Origin: Geosiphon pyriformis uo1
Lineage: Eukaryota > Fungi > Glomeromycota
Direction: 5' to 3'
Length of the DNA: 64,000 bases
Assembly (NCBI GenBank): GCA_016748015.1
Contig: JAAOMT010000289.1
Coordinates: 1 to 64,000 of the forward strand
Part shown: positions 26,986 through 41,800 of the stretch, in pieces
Position numbering within the stretch: position 1 is the first letter of the stretch
Layout of the letters: each line of letters begins with the position of its first letter
The notes under the pieces: model-generated
What the model saw: only the letters and a program-made list of their open reading frames with translations
Told to the model about the DNA's origin: nothing
Database searches by the model: none
Position numbers and translations under genes: made by a program

Positions 26986-28800
26986 ATGTTTATATTACTT
27001 ATTTTAAAAAACTTAACTACAATATTGTTATAGATTAAAATAAAAAACTAATAATAAAAATAATCAAAAAAATTTTTACAATAAAAAAGCAAATTAAATA
27101 TATATGAATTCAATATATGTAATCAATTTCATAAAAATTATAGTTACTAATCTTTTCTAAAAATTTGAAAATAGAAAAATAGTTTATAATTGTCAATAAG
27201 ATAATACTATTACTATTATTCTATATTTTACTTTGACAATTTTTAAAATTAATAACAGATATTATTGTGCTTTTTAATTATTTTTTTTATTTAATAAATC
27301 ACAAAAACAAGTAATTGCTTTTTAGATTAATTCTAATAATATAAATCAAGAAAAAAATAAAATAAAATATGTAAATACTAATAAGTAATTTTTTAGCTCA
27401 AAATATTTGGATATTTAAAGATAAATAAAAATAAATAAATAATATAAGAAAAAATAATTGATACTAAGTTTTTATTTTGTTATTTTGATCATGTTTTTTT
27501 ATAACTAAAGAACTTATTATTTATATAGATATTAAAAATAATTAATAATTAGGTTAATAATCAAATTAATAATCAAATTAATAATTATTATTTAAAATAA
27601 AATAGCTAATTATATAATATTATTGGCTAATATATATAATAATTAATAAAATTTGTAAGTTTTAATCATAATATTATCTTTTTTAAAAAAATTTAACTCT
27701 AGTAAAATCAAATTATTTATAAGATATCTAACTAAAGAGTTTTATTTAACTTAAAATTAACTAATTTAGTAAAGTTTTTTGCAGATAAAGTATATAATAC
27801 CTAAAGTGAAATAAGTTTTGTGTCTAAAAAACCAAATCTTTATATAAAAGTTTTGGTTTTTTAACAATAGTCAAAATTCTTAGAATATTTAGTTATATAA
27901 TATTTAAAATTTTTATCTGTATCTTAGAAGTTGTTTTCTTTATGAACTTTATGTTTTTTATGATTTTACTAAGACAACCATAAAATTTTAATTGTTTTCT
28001 ATATAATAAGTTTTTGTTTATAGGCAAAATTTTTTTGATTATTTTTTTAAGTGTATTAGAAAATAATAATATTATTGCTGTAATACTTTTAAATATATAC
28101 TTATTCATTTTACTACCAATTTTTTTTCTTTTAATAGTGGTTTTTTTGGTTTTATAATTGTCAATTTTTCAATAGTCAGAATAGTATTTGAATAGTTTTT
28201 GGTCTAATACTTATAAAAAATATAAAAAGCATTTTGAATATTTTGATCCAAAAAATAATTGTTTATATTAATTAAAAATATTTTTGTTTTAAGAATAATG
28301 TATTTATTTATAATTAATTTTTGTTGATTATTTAGACTGGTATTACTACAACAAGTAATTAATTAAGATTTTTGTAATATTTTTTGAGTTTTATGTTATA
28401 AACAAAATGATTATTAAAAATTATTTTATATTAATTTTGTAAAATATAAAAACCATTATATAAAACTTTGTTTACTATAAAGAATTTTTTTTACTAGCTA
28501 GAAAACTTATAACTATAGATATTGTTTTTGTTTGAAAAGTATTTTAAAATTAAGTTATTAACACTTAAGAAAAGTGTTTTATAAGTTTTTTTTTTAAACT
28601 TTTCTTAGAACTGTTTTATTTTTTTCAAAAACAATTATTTGTGCTTCTACCAAAAAATATATTAAACCTATAATATCTGCTAAAAAAAAACTTAATTACA
28701 AAAAAAACATATATTTAATCTTTGTTAACCAATTATTTAACAAAATTAGTATAAATGTTATTAGATTTTTAACAATAACTCTTAATGACAATAAATATAT

Positions 28801-29731
28801 TGTTACAGGTAATTATTTAGGTGGTTGAAATAAGTAACAAACTTGTAACTTGGTACTTAATAGCTGATGGTATTGGTAAATCTAAAAGTTTTTGGTATCT
28901 AAAAATTTTGGTTGAGTCTTTTGTATAATAAATAGAGATTCAATAGTAATATCTCTTGGTGATGTTTCTAGTTTCTTTTTCAACTCTCAAGTTGGTATGT
29001 TTGGTGTTTGTAGTCTTTTGGAATGTTTTATTTTATCAATTTTTTTAGCTTAGTGGTTAGTTCTTTGATAAGCTATTCCCAAATTCTGAGTTATCTATCT
29101 TTATTTTTAGGTCTTTTATTAGTTCTGTTGACATTAATTGCTCAGCACTTAATTTCTTTAATCTATTAGTAAATCAACAAATAACAAAATAAAATAAAAT
29201 AAAATAAAATAAAATAGAAAAAAATAAGAAATTAATATCCCATCAATAGCTGTAATCAAGAGCTATTATTCCAGTGTGATTAAGTATTGAATATTATTAA
29301 CATGAAATATTGATAACAAATAAGTGATGAAGATTCTTAATTAAATGATAATAACATGAATTAGATAATAATAGGTATATTTTATTGAATATTTTAATGA
29401 ATTTACTTCAATTGATAACAACTATTTATAAAATAAGAGTTATTTAAATAGATAAGAGAGAAAATGCTAAACTGAAACTGAATTCTGAATCTCTTGCTTT
29501 TAATGTTATTATTATATATATATAGTTGGTATTATACAAAATTCTTAGAATCCTGTGATTTTTTTAGAGGAATCTTAGAATTCTGAAATTCTGAAATTCT
29601 ACAATTTCTTACAAAGAATTCTGGAATCCTGTAATTTTCTCAAAAAAATTCTGGAATTTTTCTGTTATTATGTCTATTTCTAATTGGTTATTTTTTTAAT
29701 TATATAATATTCTTACTTTTTATGAGTAATA
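28801..29731 (-). repeat. 3' LTR of B
   Basis: Direct repeat of 37913-38850, adjacent to the PPT. Confidence 0.9.
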
Positions 29732-32700
29732 TTATTCTTTTCTTTTAATATTAAGCTCTGTTGAAATTTTCTAAACTTTCTAGATTTCTCTCTTGGATTA
29801 ACTCTATAACTTCTTTTTTCAGAATTGTTTTCATAATTCTGGTCTGCAATTTTTCAAATTGGATATTGGTTAAGTTTTTTAATTGATTAATTATTACAGT
29901 ATCCATTGTCAAGTGTAGTAATATTTTTGGTTAGTTTTGAAATTCTATCTGTAGTTAGTAAATAGCTTTTGTATATGTAAATAAATTATTCTTTTTAACA
30001 AGTTGTTTAATTTGTTATAGTCAAATTGAATCAAATTTTTTTTTTGTTTTGTTCATATATAAGTTTTTGATGCTTAACTATTGTCCCAATTGATAATAAC
30101 AAAAGTTTTTTGGATTTTGTTGTATTTATTGGTTTTAATTTTTTAAAATCAATTCTTCTTCTGGTAATGATATTCTTGGATCTTTTAATGTCTTTTCTAT
30201 CTTTCTCATTATTTTATCTACAGTATTTCTAAAAGTGTGGTGTCTAAAATATTGCTCTTTGGTTTGGTTTTTTTACATTATTTTCTTATTTTTGTATTGA
30301 ATTATGTGTTTATTGATGGTAATTTCTAAGCTTGATTTCTGTTGTTAAATTAGTTATAATAGTTGTTGTGTAAGTAAATAAATGTTGTCAGTAATTTTTA
30401 TCTTTTTTTGTTGTTTTTGTCATGCATATTGGTTCTTTATATATTGTTATAGTAGATTAATTTAACATGTTTGTTTTGATAATAATAATTGGTTTTAAAT
30501 CTCATAGAATCTTATCTGGTTTAACTAGTATTCTTTGTACTTTCAGTTGTAGAATATTATTGGTAGATGATAATACTATATTATAATATAATTTTAGTCA
30601 ATTTTCATGTACTATTTTAGTTAAAATTTTGTTGTTTTATCTTAGTTTATAAGCTCTATTTTCTAGAATTTCTTCAATGTGAAATGGTCTATCCCATTTA
30701 AGATCGAATTTTTCACTCCATTGTTTTTCTGTTTTAATATGATATAAGAATACTTTGTTTCCAATTCTAAATTCAACTAATTTATCTGGTAATTGGTTAT
30801 CATGTCATTTTTTTTGGTTTTTTTGTAATCTTTAAATGTTATTAGCTACTCTTTGTCTTTTGTTTTCTAACATTTCTATTTGTTTATATGTTCTTCTTAG
30901 CAATATTTTTTGGAAATTGGCTTCTGTTATTAGTTTTGTTGAATATGTGTTGATGTTTATCTTAACTAATAATATTGCTGTTCTATTATAAACAAGTTCA
31001 AATGGTGTCACTTGTATGGTATTTTGTTTTATTGTTTAATAGGCAAATAGTACTGATGATATAAACAAATTCTATTTGTTTTGGTTTTTTTGGCTGATCT
31101 TGGCTATTATTTTACACAATGTTCTGTTGAATTTTTCTACTAAGCCATTTGTTTGTAGATAATATGATAATAATAATAGTCTTTTGATTCCAAATTTTTG
31201 ATTTAATTTTGTTAGTGTTCTGTTTATAAAATAAGTTCCTTGATCTGATAATAATTTTTTTGGACATCTGTATCTACAAATTAAATATTGGTAAATGAAT
31301 TTGGCTACAGATTTTGTATCTGTTCTTTGAATTGCTTTTGTTTCTGAACATTTTGTGAAATAATCTTTAGCTACTGCTATGTATTAATTGTCTTTGCTGG
31401 TTATTGTTAATGATCCAATTAAGTTGATTCCAACTTGATCTAATGGTTGTTTTATTTTAATTGGTCTTAGTGGTTCATTTGGCTTTGTTTCTTTTCTTTT
31501 CTAATAAGCATTACAATTTTGTAATATCTGAATATATTAATGGCCAATAGTATTTTTTTCTGGTTTTTTTCATGGTTGTTTCTTTATGCAAATGTTCTGC
31601 TGTTAAATTTGAGTGTACTTTGAATAGTATTATTTCTTTTTTTGGTTTTGTGATAACTCTGAATAACTAATCTGAATATTTTCTGTTCTTTTAGTATAAT
31701 ATATTTTGGTAAGTGATAAAATATTTTGATTGTTGTTTTATGTTGTTTTGTTTCTTTTGAGATAATTTTTTTTTGAACTGTTAAGTATTAATATAATATT
31801 GAAGTTGTTGGTATTTTTGTGTGTTTATATTTTGTTATATTTTTGTGTTAAAATATTCTTAAATTTGTTTTATTCATGACAAACTGTCAGCATTTCTGTT
31901 TTCTTTTCCCTTTTTATAATGTACAGTATAATTAAATAATGATAGTTCTATTTTTTATCTTGCATGGTAGTTGTTTTCAAATTTTTGCTTCTGGATTGAT
32001 GTTAATTCTTTGTGGTCAGTGTATACATTAAACTTTTAACTTAAATATTTTTTTTATTTGATAACAGCCTAATAGATAGCCAAATATTTTAGTGTTGGAG
32101 TTTTATAGTTTTTTTCAGCTGGGCTTAAGTTTTGGCTGGTATATGCTATTGAATGTTCTCTTCTATTTGGTTTTTTTTGTGATAATATGGCTCTTAATGC
32201 TTGACTTGATGTATTGGTGATAATAATGAATGGTTTGCTGTAATTTGAATAGATTAGTACTGGTGTTTAAATAAGCTTTCTTTTCAAGATGTCAAAAGCT
32301 CCTTGTTAAGTTTCAGTTCATTTATATTTTACATTCTTTGCTTAGAGCTGGTAAAGTGATTGAGCCAGTTTAGAGAAATTTTGGATTAAATAATAGTAGT
32401 ATTCAGCAAATTCCAAGAATGTTCTTAATTCTATAAGATTTGTTGGTACTGAAAAGTTCTTGACTATTTTAATTTTATCTGGATTTGTTTTGATACTGTC
32501 TTTGTTTATAACATATTCCAAAAACTTGAGTTTAGTTTTATTAAAGAAGCATTTGGTTGTGTTTAATTTCAATCTGGTTCTTCTTAGTTTCTTAAACACT
32601 TGTTGAAGATAATGAAGATAGTTATCAAATGTTTTTGAGAATAAATTGGTGTTATTCAAATACATGACTACTAATTTCCATAGTAATTTGGTATAGATAA

Positions 32701-33679
32701 TTTTCATAAGTCATTGGAAAATAGCTGGAGCATTTATTAAACCAAATAGCATAATATTGAATTCAAAGTTTTCTTCTCTGATTGTAAATGCTGTCTTTTC
32801 TTTGTTGGCTGAATTCATGGTTACTTGTTAATAACTACTGTCTAGATCTAATGTTAAAAACCATTTCTTTCCTTTAAATACATTGAATAATTTTTGAATT
32901 TATGAAATTAGATAGCTGTTTCTATGAATAATACTGTTAAGTTTTTTGTAATCTATACAAAAGCAGATTTTTCCATTTTTCTTCTGAATTAATACTATTA
33001 GTAATGACTATTGACTTATTAATAATTGAATTAACCTATTGTCTAACATTCTGTTAATTTCTTGTTAGATAATCTTATGACTTGTTAGTAGTATTCTATA
33101 TGCTTATTATTTAATTGGCATAGCATCTCCAATTTTGATTTAATGCTGGATAATATTAGTTTTGCCAAATTCATTTTTACTGGCAAAAATGTTGGTAAAA
33201 TTGTTAAGTAGCATTTTGAACTGTATATATTAAAGTGGGTCTAAGTTTTCCAAGTTTATTTGGTTTAATTGTTCTGGTTGGAGCAAATAACATTTTTTTT
33301 GTTCATATATGATTTGTGATGTGATATCCACATATCCACCCAGTTGTAAAAAATTTGAAATAATGTTTAATGATTGGTTCTCAACTTTAGTGCTTAAGTA
33401 TTCAATAATAGTCCTGCTTGGTATTTTAATGGTGTCTCTAGTTGTGTTGTAGATAAAAATTTTGATGTGTTTATTGTTCTTAGCCAGTATGTAGAGATTG
33501 GTAATTTCAGATTCACAAATAGTTGGTTTTGCTTTAAAAATCTGGGGCTGATTTCTTACTTTTCTCTCTATTACTAACATATACTAATTATATAATAAAA
33601 TAAAAACTAATTAATGTGTGAAGATAATTTCTCTCTTATTAATTGCTTTTTTTTTGCCATATTAACTAGTACATCTATT

Positions 33680-34074
33680 TTACCTGTTGATTCAAACTTA
33701 TTTTTCTCTTTGGCTGTAATTTCTAATTCTTTTTTTATTTCTACTGGCACTAATTAAGTTATTTTTATTAGAGGTAAGAATATTGTCTGTGCTATTTTTT
33801 TATTTGGTTCAATTATATATGGTTTTTCTGAATCATTTTTTAGCATTGCAATAATATTTTCTACATATTTTGCATTAATTATTTTTTCTCTGATGTTGAT
33901 TCTCTTCTTTACTAAATTAGATTTAGATACTAATTAAACCATTGTTGTTGCTAAAATTTCCAGTGTTATTTTCAGATCAATACTGGTATGCAAATGTGGT
34001 TTTAATTTAATGACCATTTTTCCTAAATACCTGAAATTAAACTTTGCATCAGTATTATGCATGTATTCTGGCAT
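33680..34074 (-). pseudogene. dut: dUTPase domain in pol of B
   Basis: Decayed motifs in the correct order: HNTDAKFNFRY (AGFDL), SKSNL (RSS), IINAKYVEN (IDAGY-G), KIAQTIF, KFESTG (GFGSTG). Confidence 0.8.
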
Positions 34075-37000
34075 AATATTTTTCTTATTATTGCTGAACT
34101 ATTTTAGTTTTTGCTTTATCAACAGATCTGAGAGCACAATATATTGTTTGGAGTTATAATCAGAGTTTGAATCATTATTGTTGTTGCCATAGTAAATAGA
34201 ATTAAAACTGTTGTTGTTATCATAATTGGAGTCTAAATTGGGATTGAACTTTAATTCTGATTCTATTGCACACTTACTGATTGGTTTTTTCTCTTTGAAA
34301 ATTGAATAGATCATTTGTGGTAGTGAATTGTAAATAAAGTCACACTCATTACAATACTTGAGATCACATAGTATTAAACTATAGTCACATAGTTAAGTAT
34401 TTAGCTTTTCTAATTATTGCTCCTATTTTTCTTTAATGGATGCCAATTCTTGGTAGTATTTATGAAATTGTTCTGAATTTATAATGTCAAGAATAATATT
34501 AAAGTTTGGAATCCAAATAATTTTTTTGGGTTTTGGTGGTTGTTTTTAATTGTTTTAATTTCTTTTGGAGTTACATCTTTGATTTTGGCAATTGTCATTT
34601 TCCAGATTTTGTCATTATCATGTGGATAGCTGTTCAAATGTTTTACAGCTTTTTTCTAGACAGCATCTATTGGTGTTTCTTTTCTTATTTAATCATTGAT
34701 TAAAATCATGTACTAACATAATTTGTCACACATTCTTCCACAACCAAAAATGTTATTCCATATTTTTTTATTTAAAAAAGTTTCTCCACAAGCAAGGCAT
34801 AGTTTGTTGTTTTATTTTTCTTGTTTTTTTGGCCATCCAAAGTGTTTAAGAACACATAAATGACAGTAGTACTTGGTTGCCATTAGCCATTCCTTATTAT
34901 TGCCACAATATACACCTATTGTTAACAATTTCTTGCCACAATTGATACAAATTAATTTGGGTCAGCAATAAGTTAATTGTCTCTGATTGGTGATAGTGTA
35001 TAATATATATATAGAAATAGTTGCTTGAAACATTTTTTCTTCTTTCCCTTTTTTTCTTATGTAAATACTAGTAATAAGTTGTTATAGTTATTATTAGTCC
35101 AAAAAACTTAGTAAACTTTTCAGGTAGGTTTCTTTTCTTTTTCCTCAAACTCAATCAATGGCGTCTTATTAGTGGTGGTCTTAAAATGTCTACAAGTAGT
35201 TAGTACCCAAATGCTTTAACTGTTCTGGTTTAGTTGTAATTCCTGAGTATTCCAATCAAACATGACATTAGTTTTAAACAGTTAGTTATTACTAACTAGA
35301 ATTTAGTACTAGGTGGTTTTTATTACCAATATTTTAATAGATACAATAATATTATTGACTTTAAAAAAAAAGTTGTTAATCTTTCTAATGGGTGTTTTGG
35401 TGGTTCTATCAGCTGTAATAATTTTGGTGCTGGCAATACAATTAACTTGGCAACTTAATTAGTCCATAAGTTATTATGTAATAATATTGTTTACTAAACT
35501 ACTATCCAAAATTAATTTGATCAAATGGCTATCTACTTTGGTATCTGTATACATGGCTATAATGGATTTAGTCTCAAGGACAGCTTTATTAAATAAAAAT
35601 ATAAGGACTGGTTCTTCAATCTCAAATAGAAATATCATAGTAAACAATTTGTTTTCTATAATAGTAGTTAGTAGAATATTGCTAATAAGCATAATTTGTT
35701 TTTAATTGGTTTCCAATGAGTTAAGTGTGACAATTTTTAAAGATACTAAGAGACTTAAATAGTGTTGAGCATTTGGGTTTTGGGCATAGTTGGTTTCTGA
35801 ATTTGGTTGCCATGTTTTAGATTATTAGGCTGTTGAATTGGAAATTGATTAATATATTACTATCATTGATTGCCAATTCTAATGAATCTGAATAGTTTTT
35901 GGTCTTTAACTTTTATTTTGAGGTAGATTTTGGAGTTAATTCTAATTTGGTTAGAACTGATAAATAATTTGGAGCTAGAGCAGTTGATAAATTACTAGTG
36001 TTGGTGTCTAATAGATTGGTAATTAATAAATTGACTGCATCACTTGAGCATAATGTAGTTGATATTGGTATTGTTCTGATAATTGATTACTGGCATAGTT
36101 CAGAGTTTGAAATCTGTGATTAGGATTTTGATATTGATTTTCTGATTATTGATTATTTTTTTGAAGCAGCAATCTATTTTTAGATGGCTTTATTTACCAT
36201 AGTAATAGCAATTACATGTTTTTAGTTGTCATTGTTGATTTAATAATAATGAACATAACTGTTGTTGAACATGATTGGAATTTTCTGAATTTTCATAATA
36301 TTGTAGAGATTAATAAATTGTTTGATTGCTAGCTAAGTATTCTTCCAATTTCTGATTGATTGAATTACTAAATTGTTTCAATTTAGGATTCAAGTTAAAT
36401 AATCTATTCATTACTCAATTTATGGCTTGAGCATAGTTAGCTTTTAACTTGGTTGATTTGAAATCTTGAACATAGGTAACTGTGTTTTAGAGTGTTTGTA
36501 GATATAATAGATGTATGTATTGAAAAATACTACTGCATAGCCCACAGATAAACTGGTTCAAAATCTGTGGTACTATAAAGTAATTTGTGTTAATTGCTTG
36601 TATTTGACACAAATTTTTATGAAAATGTCCTAGATAAGTAGTGACTGCTTTTATGTCATCTTGTTTAATAATGGTGAATGTTATTGCCAAGTAATTAATG
36701 CTGTTATTATTGCTAAAGTATTTCAAAAATTCAGTTTTAAACTCATTGAAAGTAATGGGTTTGTTAATCAAATTTCAATATCATGAATTAACAGTATTTT
36801 GTAAGAAGTATAGAATGGTTTGTAGGACTCTAATGTTATCTCAATTATTAGTTGTGATTGCTTTAGTAATATTATTAAGCCAGATTTGGACATTGTTTTT
36901 TTTGTTGGTAAATTTTTTTAACTTGGCAATAGAAATGTATACCATTGGTAATAGTTGTAGTTATTAAAGTTGTTATTATTGTTGGAGTAATAGTTGTGGC

Positions 37001-37912
37001 TGTTGTTATGGTTCTGTAATTGGTACAACTAATAGTAGATTAATTATGCTTACTGGAAGTAAGTTTTAAGAAACAATAAAGACTGAATTTAGATTATTTG
37101 GGTTTTGCTGGGTTTAAATAATCAGAGTTTGAATTTCTGGGTTTTTTAAGATTAAGTTTTGATAATTATATTCTTGATTTTTACTTTCCTCTTCTTTTGA
37201 GTCAGTTATTTCCCAAGAGCTAGTAGCTCCAAAATTAGGTTGAAGTGGTGGTGATTAAAATCCTGATGGTATTAGTAATTGCAATTTGAATTTTTTAAAG
37301 TAATTACTGTAAGTTCTCAATAAATTGGCTCTTTTTTGTTTGCTTTAGAACATTATTCTTGCCAATAGTGTTTTCACTAATGATAATACATTTTTTAATA
37401 GTATATTAATAGTACTTTTAAACATGTGATGATAGAATAGGTGTATAGATGAAACTACTCTTGGTTTCTTTTAAGTAGGTAGTTGTATATTTCTTGGTGT
37501 TCCTGCTGGTATTTGTAATTTTTCTTTGTTGTTGTCTATAAAAATAATAAAAAATTTCTGTCTGGTGTGTTTTTTAATTTTTCTATTGATTTCTGTGATT
37601 ATTAGTGCAAACAAATAATTTTATGAAAGCATAGTGCTCTAAAGTAATTCACTATAAAAATTAGTAAGTACTGCTTCTGGATTTTTTTGGTCTCTTAAAT
37701 AAAATTTAATCCTTTTATTGATGCAAAAATTGAAAGTTAATTCTGCTGGCCAATAGTTGCCTGTTAATTTTAGATGAATTTAATAGTGTTAGAATAAAGC
37801 TTTTGCAAATTTCAAGTGATTTGTTTCTGTTTTTTTTGGTTTTGCCACTGTTTCTGATGATTATTGTTAATGTTAGTTCTTTGTTAAATTATACCTTACA
37901 GAGAGCACCAAA

Positions 37913-38850
37913 TGTTACAGGTAATTATTTGGGTGGTTGGAATAAATAACAAACTTATAACTTGGTACTTAATAACTGATGGTATTGATAAATCTAAAGG
38001 TTTTTAGTATCTAAAGGTTTTTGGTATCTAAAAATTTTGGTTGAATCTTTTGTATAATAAACAAAAATTCAATGGTAATATTTTTTGGTAATGTTTTTAG
38101 TTTCTTCTTCAACCTTCAAGTTGATATGTTTGGGGTCTGTAGCCTTTTAGAATGTTTTATTTTGTCAATTTTTTTCTTAGCTTGGTGGCTAGTTCTCTAA
38201 TAAAATATTCTTAAATTCCAAGTTGTCTATTCTTATTCTTGGGTCTTTTACCAATTCTGTTAATGTCAATTGCTCAGTGCTTAATCTTTTTAATCTGTTA
38301 GTAAATTAACAAATAACAAAAAAAAACAAAAAAAAACAAGAAATTAGTATCTCATCAATAACCATAATTAAGAGCTATTGTTCTAATGTAATTAAGTATT
38401 GAATATTATCAATATGAAGTGTTGATAACAGATGAGTAATAAAGATTTTTAATCAAATAATGATAACATAAATTGGATAATAATAAATATATTTTATTAA
38501 ATATTTTAATAAATTTATTTCAATTAATAGCAACTATCTATAAAATAAGAGTTATTTAAATAAATAAGAGAGAAAATATTAAATTGGAACTGAATTCTGA
38601 ATTTCTTGCTTTTAATGCTACTGCTATATATACATAATTGGTTTATACAAAATTTCTGGAATCCTATAATTTTTTCAGAAGAATTCTGGAATTCTGGAAT
38701 TCTGCAATTTTTTACAAAAAATCCTGAAATTCTGGAATTCTGGAATTCTATAATTTCCTTAAAAGAATTCTGAAATTTTTTTGTTATTATGCCTATTTTT
38801 GATTGGTTATTTTTCTAACTATATAATACTTCTACTTTTTATAAGTAACA
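37913..38850 (-). repeat. 5' LTR of B, with an internal GGAATTCT-like tandem array (~38650-38775)
   Basis: TGTTAC..GTAACA ends, adjacent to the PBS. Confidence 0.9.
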
Positions 38851-41800
38851 ATATTATTATAGCTATTGATTATTTTAAATATAAAGCATTAAACATTACT
38901 ATTATATGCTATTAAGTTTATTTATAATAGTATTTTAATAATAATTAACAGTTTTTTGGAATAATTAATTGAGAAAAAAAGCAATTTTAAAGAAATTTTT
39001 AACAAATTTTTAATAATAAGAAGTTAAACCAAAAAAAAAGCATATTTTATAATATTTATTAGTTGTTTAATATTCTGAACTTTTTCAATCTTAACTAAAT
39101 TAAGGAAAATCTTATATTTTATAATAAAATAGCCAAAAAACTGGGTGGATTAATGTCCAAAAAAAGATTTAATTAAATTGATCTTAAGACCAGCATTTTT
39201 GAAAAGATCAAAATTTTTTTGTAAATATTTAAGATATTTATCTCAAATTTTTGGATATACTATTATGTTATTTAAATACACTAAAACAAAGTTTTTTTTT
39301 ATTTATTTAAATATTTTGTCTATTAAGTATTAAAAAGTAAAAGAAATATTAATAAGACCAAAAAACATAATTGTAAATTTATAAATATTATATTTAATAA
39401 TAAAGATAATTTTTTTTTTGCTTTCTGAATTTATTTCTATTTGCCAAAATTCAGTAGTTAAATTAATAATTAAGAAGAAAACAATATTAATGAATTGATT
39501 TAGCATTGTATTAATTTTAAAAAGTAGATATATGTCTCTTTCAATAATAGTATTTAATTGACAATAATTAATATAAAAGCATAAAGTTTTATTTTTTTGA
39601 TATTACTACAACTAAGAATACTTATTTACTTTTGGTTTTTTGTATAAATTCAAAATTTTTTATCCAGTTTATTTTTTCTTGATAAATTTATTATTGTGAT
39701 AATTAGACTAATAGAACTTTAAATAAATAGAATAAGTTTCTCTAATAGTAATAATATATTGTATTATATAAATTTATTTTGAAATATTACTTTTTTTTGA
39801 AATAATTGAACTGTTTCTAGTCAGTAAATTTTTAATGTCTATTTTTTTTCTTTTGAAAAGAGTTTTTTTTGTTATACTATTAGTAATTAAATCTTAGGTA
39901 ATTTATTTTTAAAAGACTTTTGTACTTTTTTTATCTTTTTTCTTGATATTAAACTAATAAGTTCTCAATTTTTGTAATAAATCGGACAGAACATGTATTT
40001 ATTACTAAAAAAATACAATAGTTTATTATATTAACACTGTGTACAAAAACCATATTACTAGTAACCATATTTAAATTTTTTGTCAGACTTTCTATTAAAA
40101 GTTTTTCTAAAGATATTATAATAAAACCAACAGATTAGCTTTGTTAGCTTTAATATTATTTAATAGCTTGTTATTATTGGTAAAGATAATATAGATAAGT
40201 TTAGCTGTTTTTTTTGTTTTTTTTTATTTTCTTTTTTATCACTTTTTTTATTATCTAATTTATTTAATTGTTCTTTTTTTTGGTTTTGTTTGAATATTGA
40301 GAAAGTTGTTTAATGTTAATACTTAATTACAATAGATTTTTAATTATATTTAATGATTAGTTTATATAGTTTATAGTTAAGCAAAACTTTGGCTTTTTTA
40401 AGCCATTTATTGCTAACAATAATAGTATATTTTTTGACTTCAGAAACTTTCATATTAGTTTTAATACTGATGTTATTAATGCAAACAATAATAGCTTTGG
40501 CTATGCCAAAATATTTTTTTTATCACTATATATATTGTTTATAAGTTAAATTAAAGATTTATTAATTTTTTTTCCAATAGCTTTTAAAAAGTATTTGATA
40601 ATAATATTTACAAAAGATCTTACTATTTAAGATCAGATTAATAAAATAGCCAGCCACTTGAAGTTTGCAAATTAAAAAAGTAATATTGCTGTTATTAGCA
40701 AGTTTAATTTAATGAAAATGCTTATTGGTCTTTAGTGTCTTTTTTTTTAAGATCAAAAATTTGCAAAATTTTTTTCTAAACTGTAGATAAATTATTAATT
40801 GACCAAAAATAATGTATGTTGAAGTTTTTACAAGATTTTTAACAATAAAATAGAATTCAAATTTTTGTATAATTTTTGGAAATTCTAACTTTGAAAAGTT
40901 TTTAAAAACTTTAGTCTTTAATAATTTATTATTATTAACAATAGAAATTAAAACTTTGTTGAAATCTAAAATAAAATCAATCTTGATTTTCTTTTTTTTT
41001 CTTGTTGAGTTAAAAAAAATAATTGTTAATTTATTTATATTATGGTTATTATTAATTATATTAAAAATATAAAAAAGATTTTTTTGGTTGGCTTGTACTT
41101 TTATCTTTTGAAAATGTACTTACCAGTTTAAAAACTAATAAACAATAGTTTTAAATAAAAGATCCTTTTTAAAGAAATTAATATTGGTATAATTAGATCT
41201 TTAATTAAAAATATTATTGTTGTCTTTAATAGAAAAACTTTTAAAGCTAATTAAACCAAGTTTAAATCTGAATTTTTAGGATTTTTGACTTTTTTTAACT
41301 GCTTGGGCTAATGATTTTAATAATCAAACAAGATTGGCTGTAAGTTTATTTATTAATTGTTTATTGGAATTTAAAGTTTGAATAGCAAAAGAGATAATAG
41401 TCATTTGAGAAGCAAAAGTTATAACAGAAGCAGAAACAAAAACTAAAAATATAAATTCCAAATATATCTTTTAATTGTCTTCAAATTTTTAAGCAAGTTT
41501 AATAGTTATGTCTATAATAGGATTATTTTTTAAAGCCAAAAAAAGCCAAAAAGCATATAAAAGATTAGTTCTTAATTTTTTTGTAAAAAAATGAATTTTT
41601 TGTTTTTCTGTTTAATTTTTTTTAGAGTTTATTTGTTTAATAAGTTTTTTTATTGCTTTAATATATTTAATTACTACTTTTTTAGGCTTTGGGTTTTTTT
41701 TTAATTCTATATGCTATTTGGATATTAAAATGGAAGTCCTAAATTTGTTTTCAAATCAGATAGTAAAAAAAGTATTTTTTTCTTTAATATTAGTTAGTGT

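Larger units (their letters stand above)
28801..38850 (-). mobile_element. Ty3/gypsy element B (gag-PR-Cys-rich-dUTPase-RT-RH-IN-ORF3), decayed
   Basis: LTRs 28801-29731 and 37913-38850, TSD ATAT, PBS TGGTGCTCTCTGTAAGG (37894-37910), PPT ~29732-29746. Protease LILDSS (~35500), RT YLNN (~32655), integrase ~30480-31650. Confidence 0.92.
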
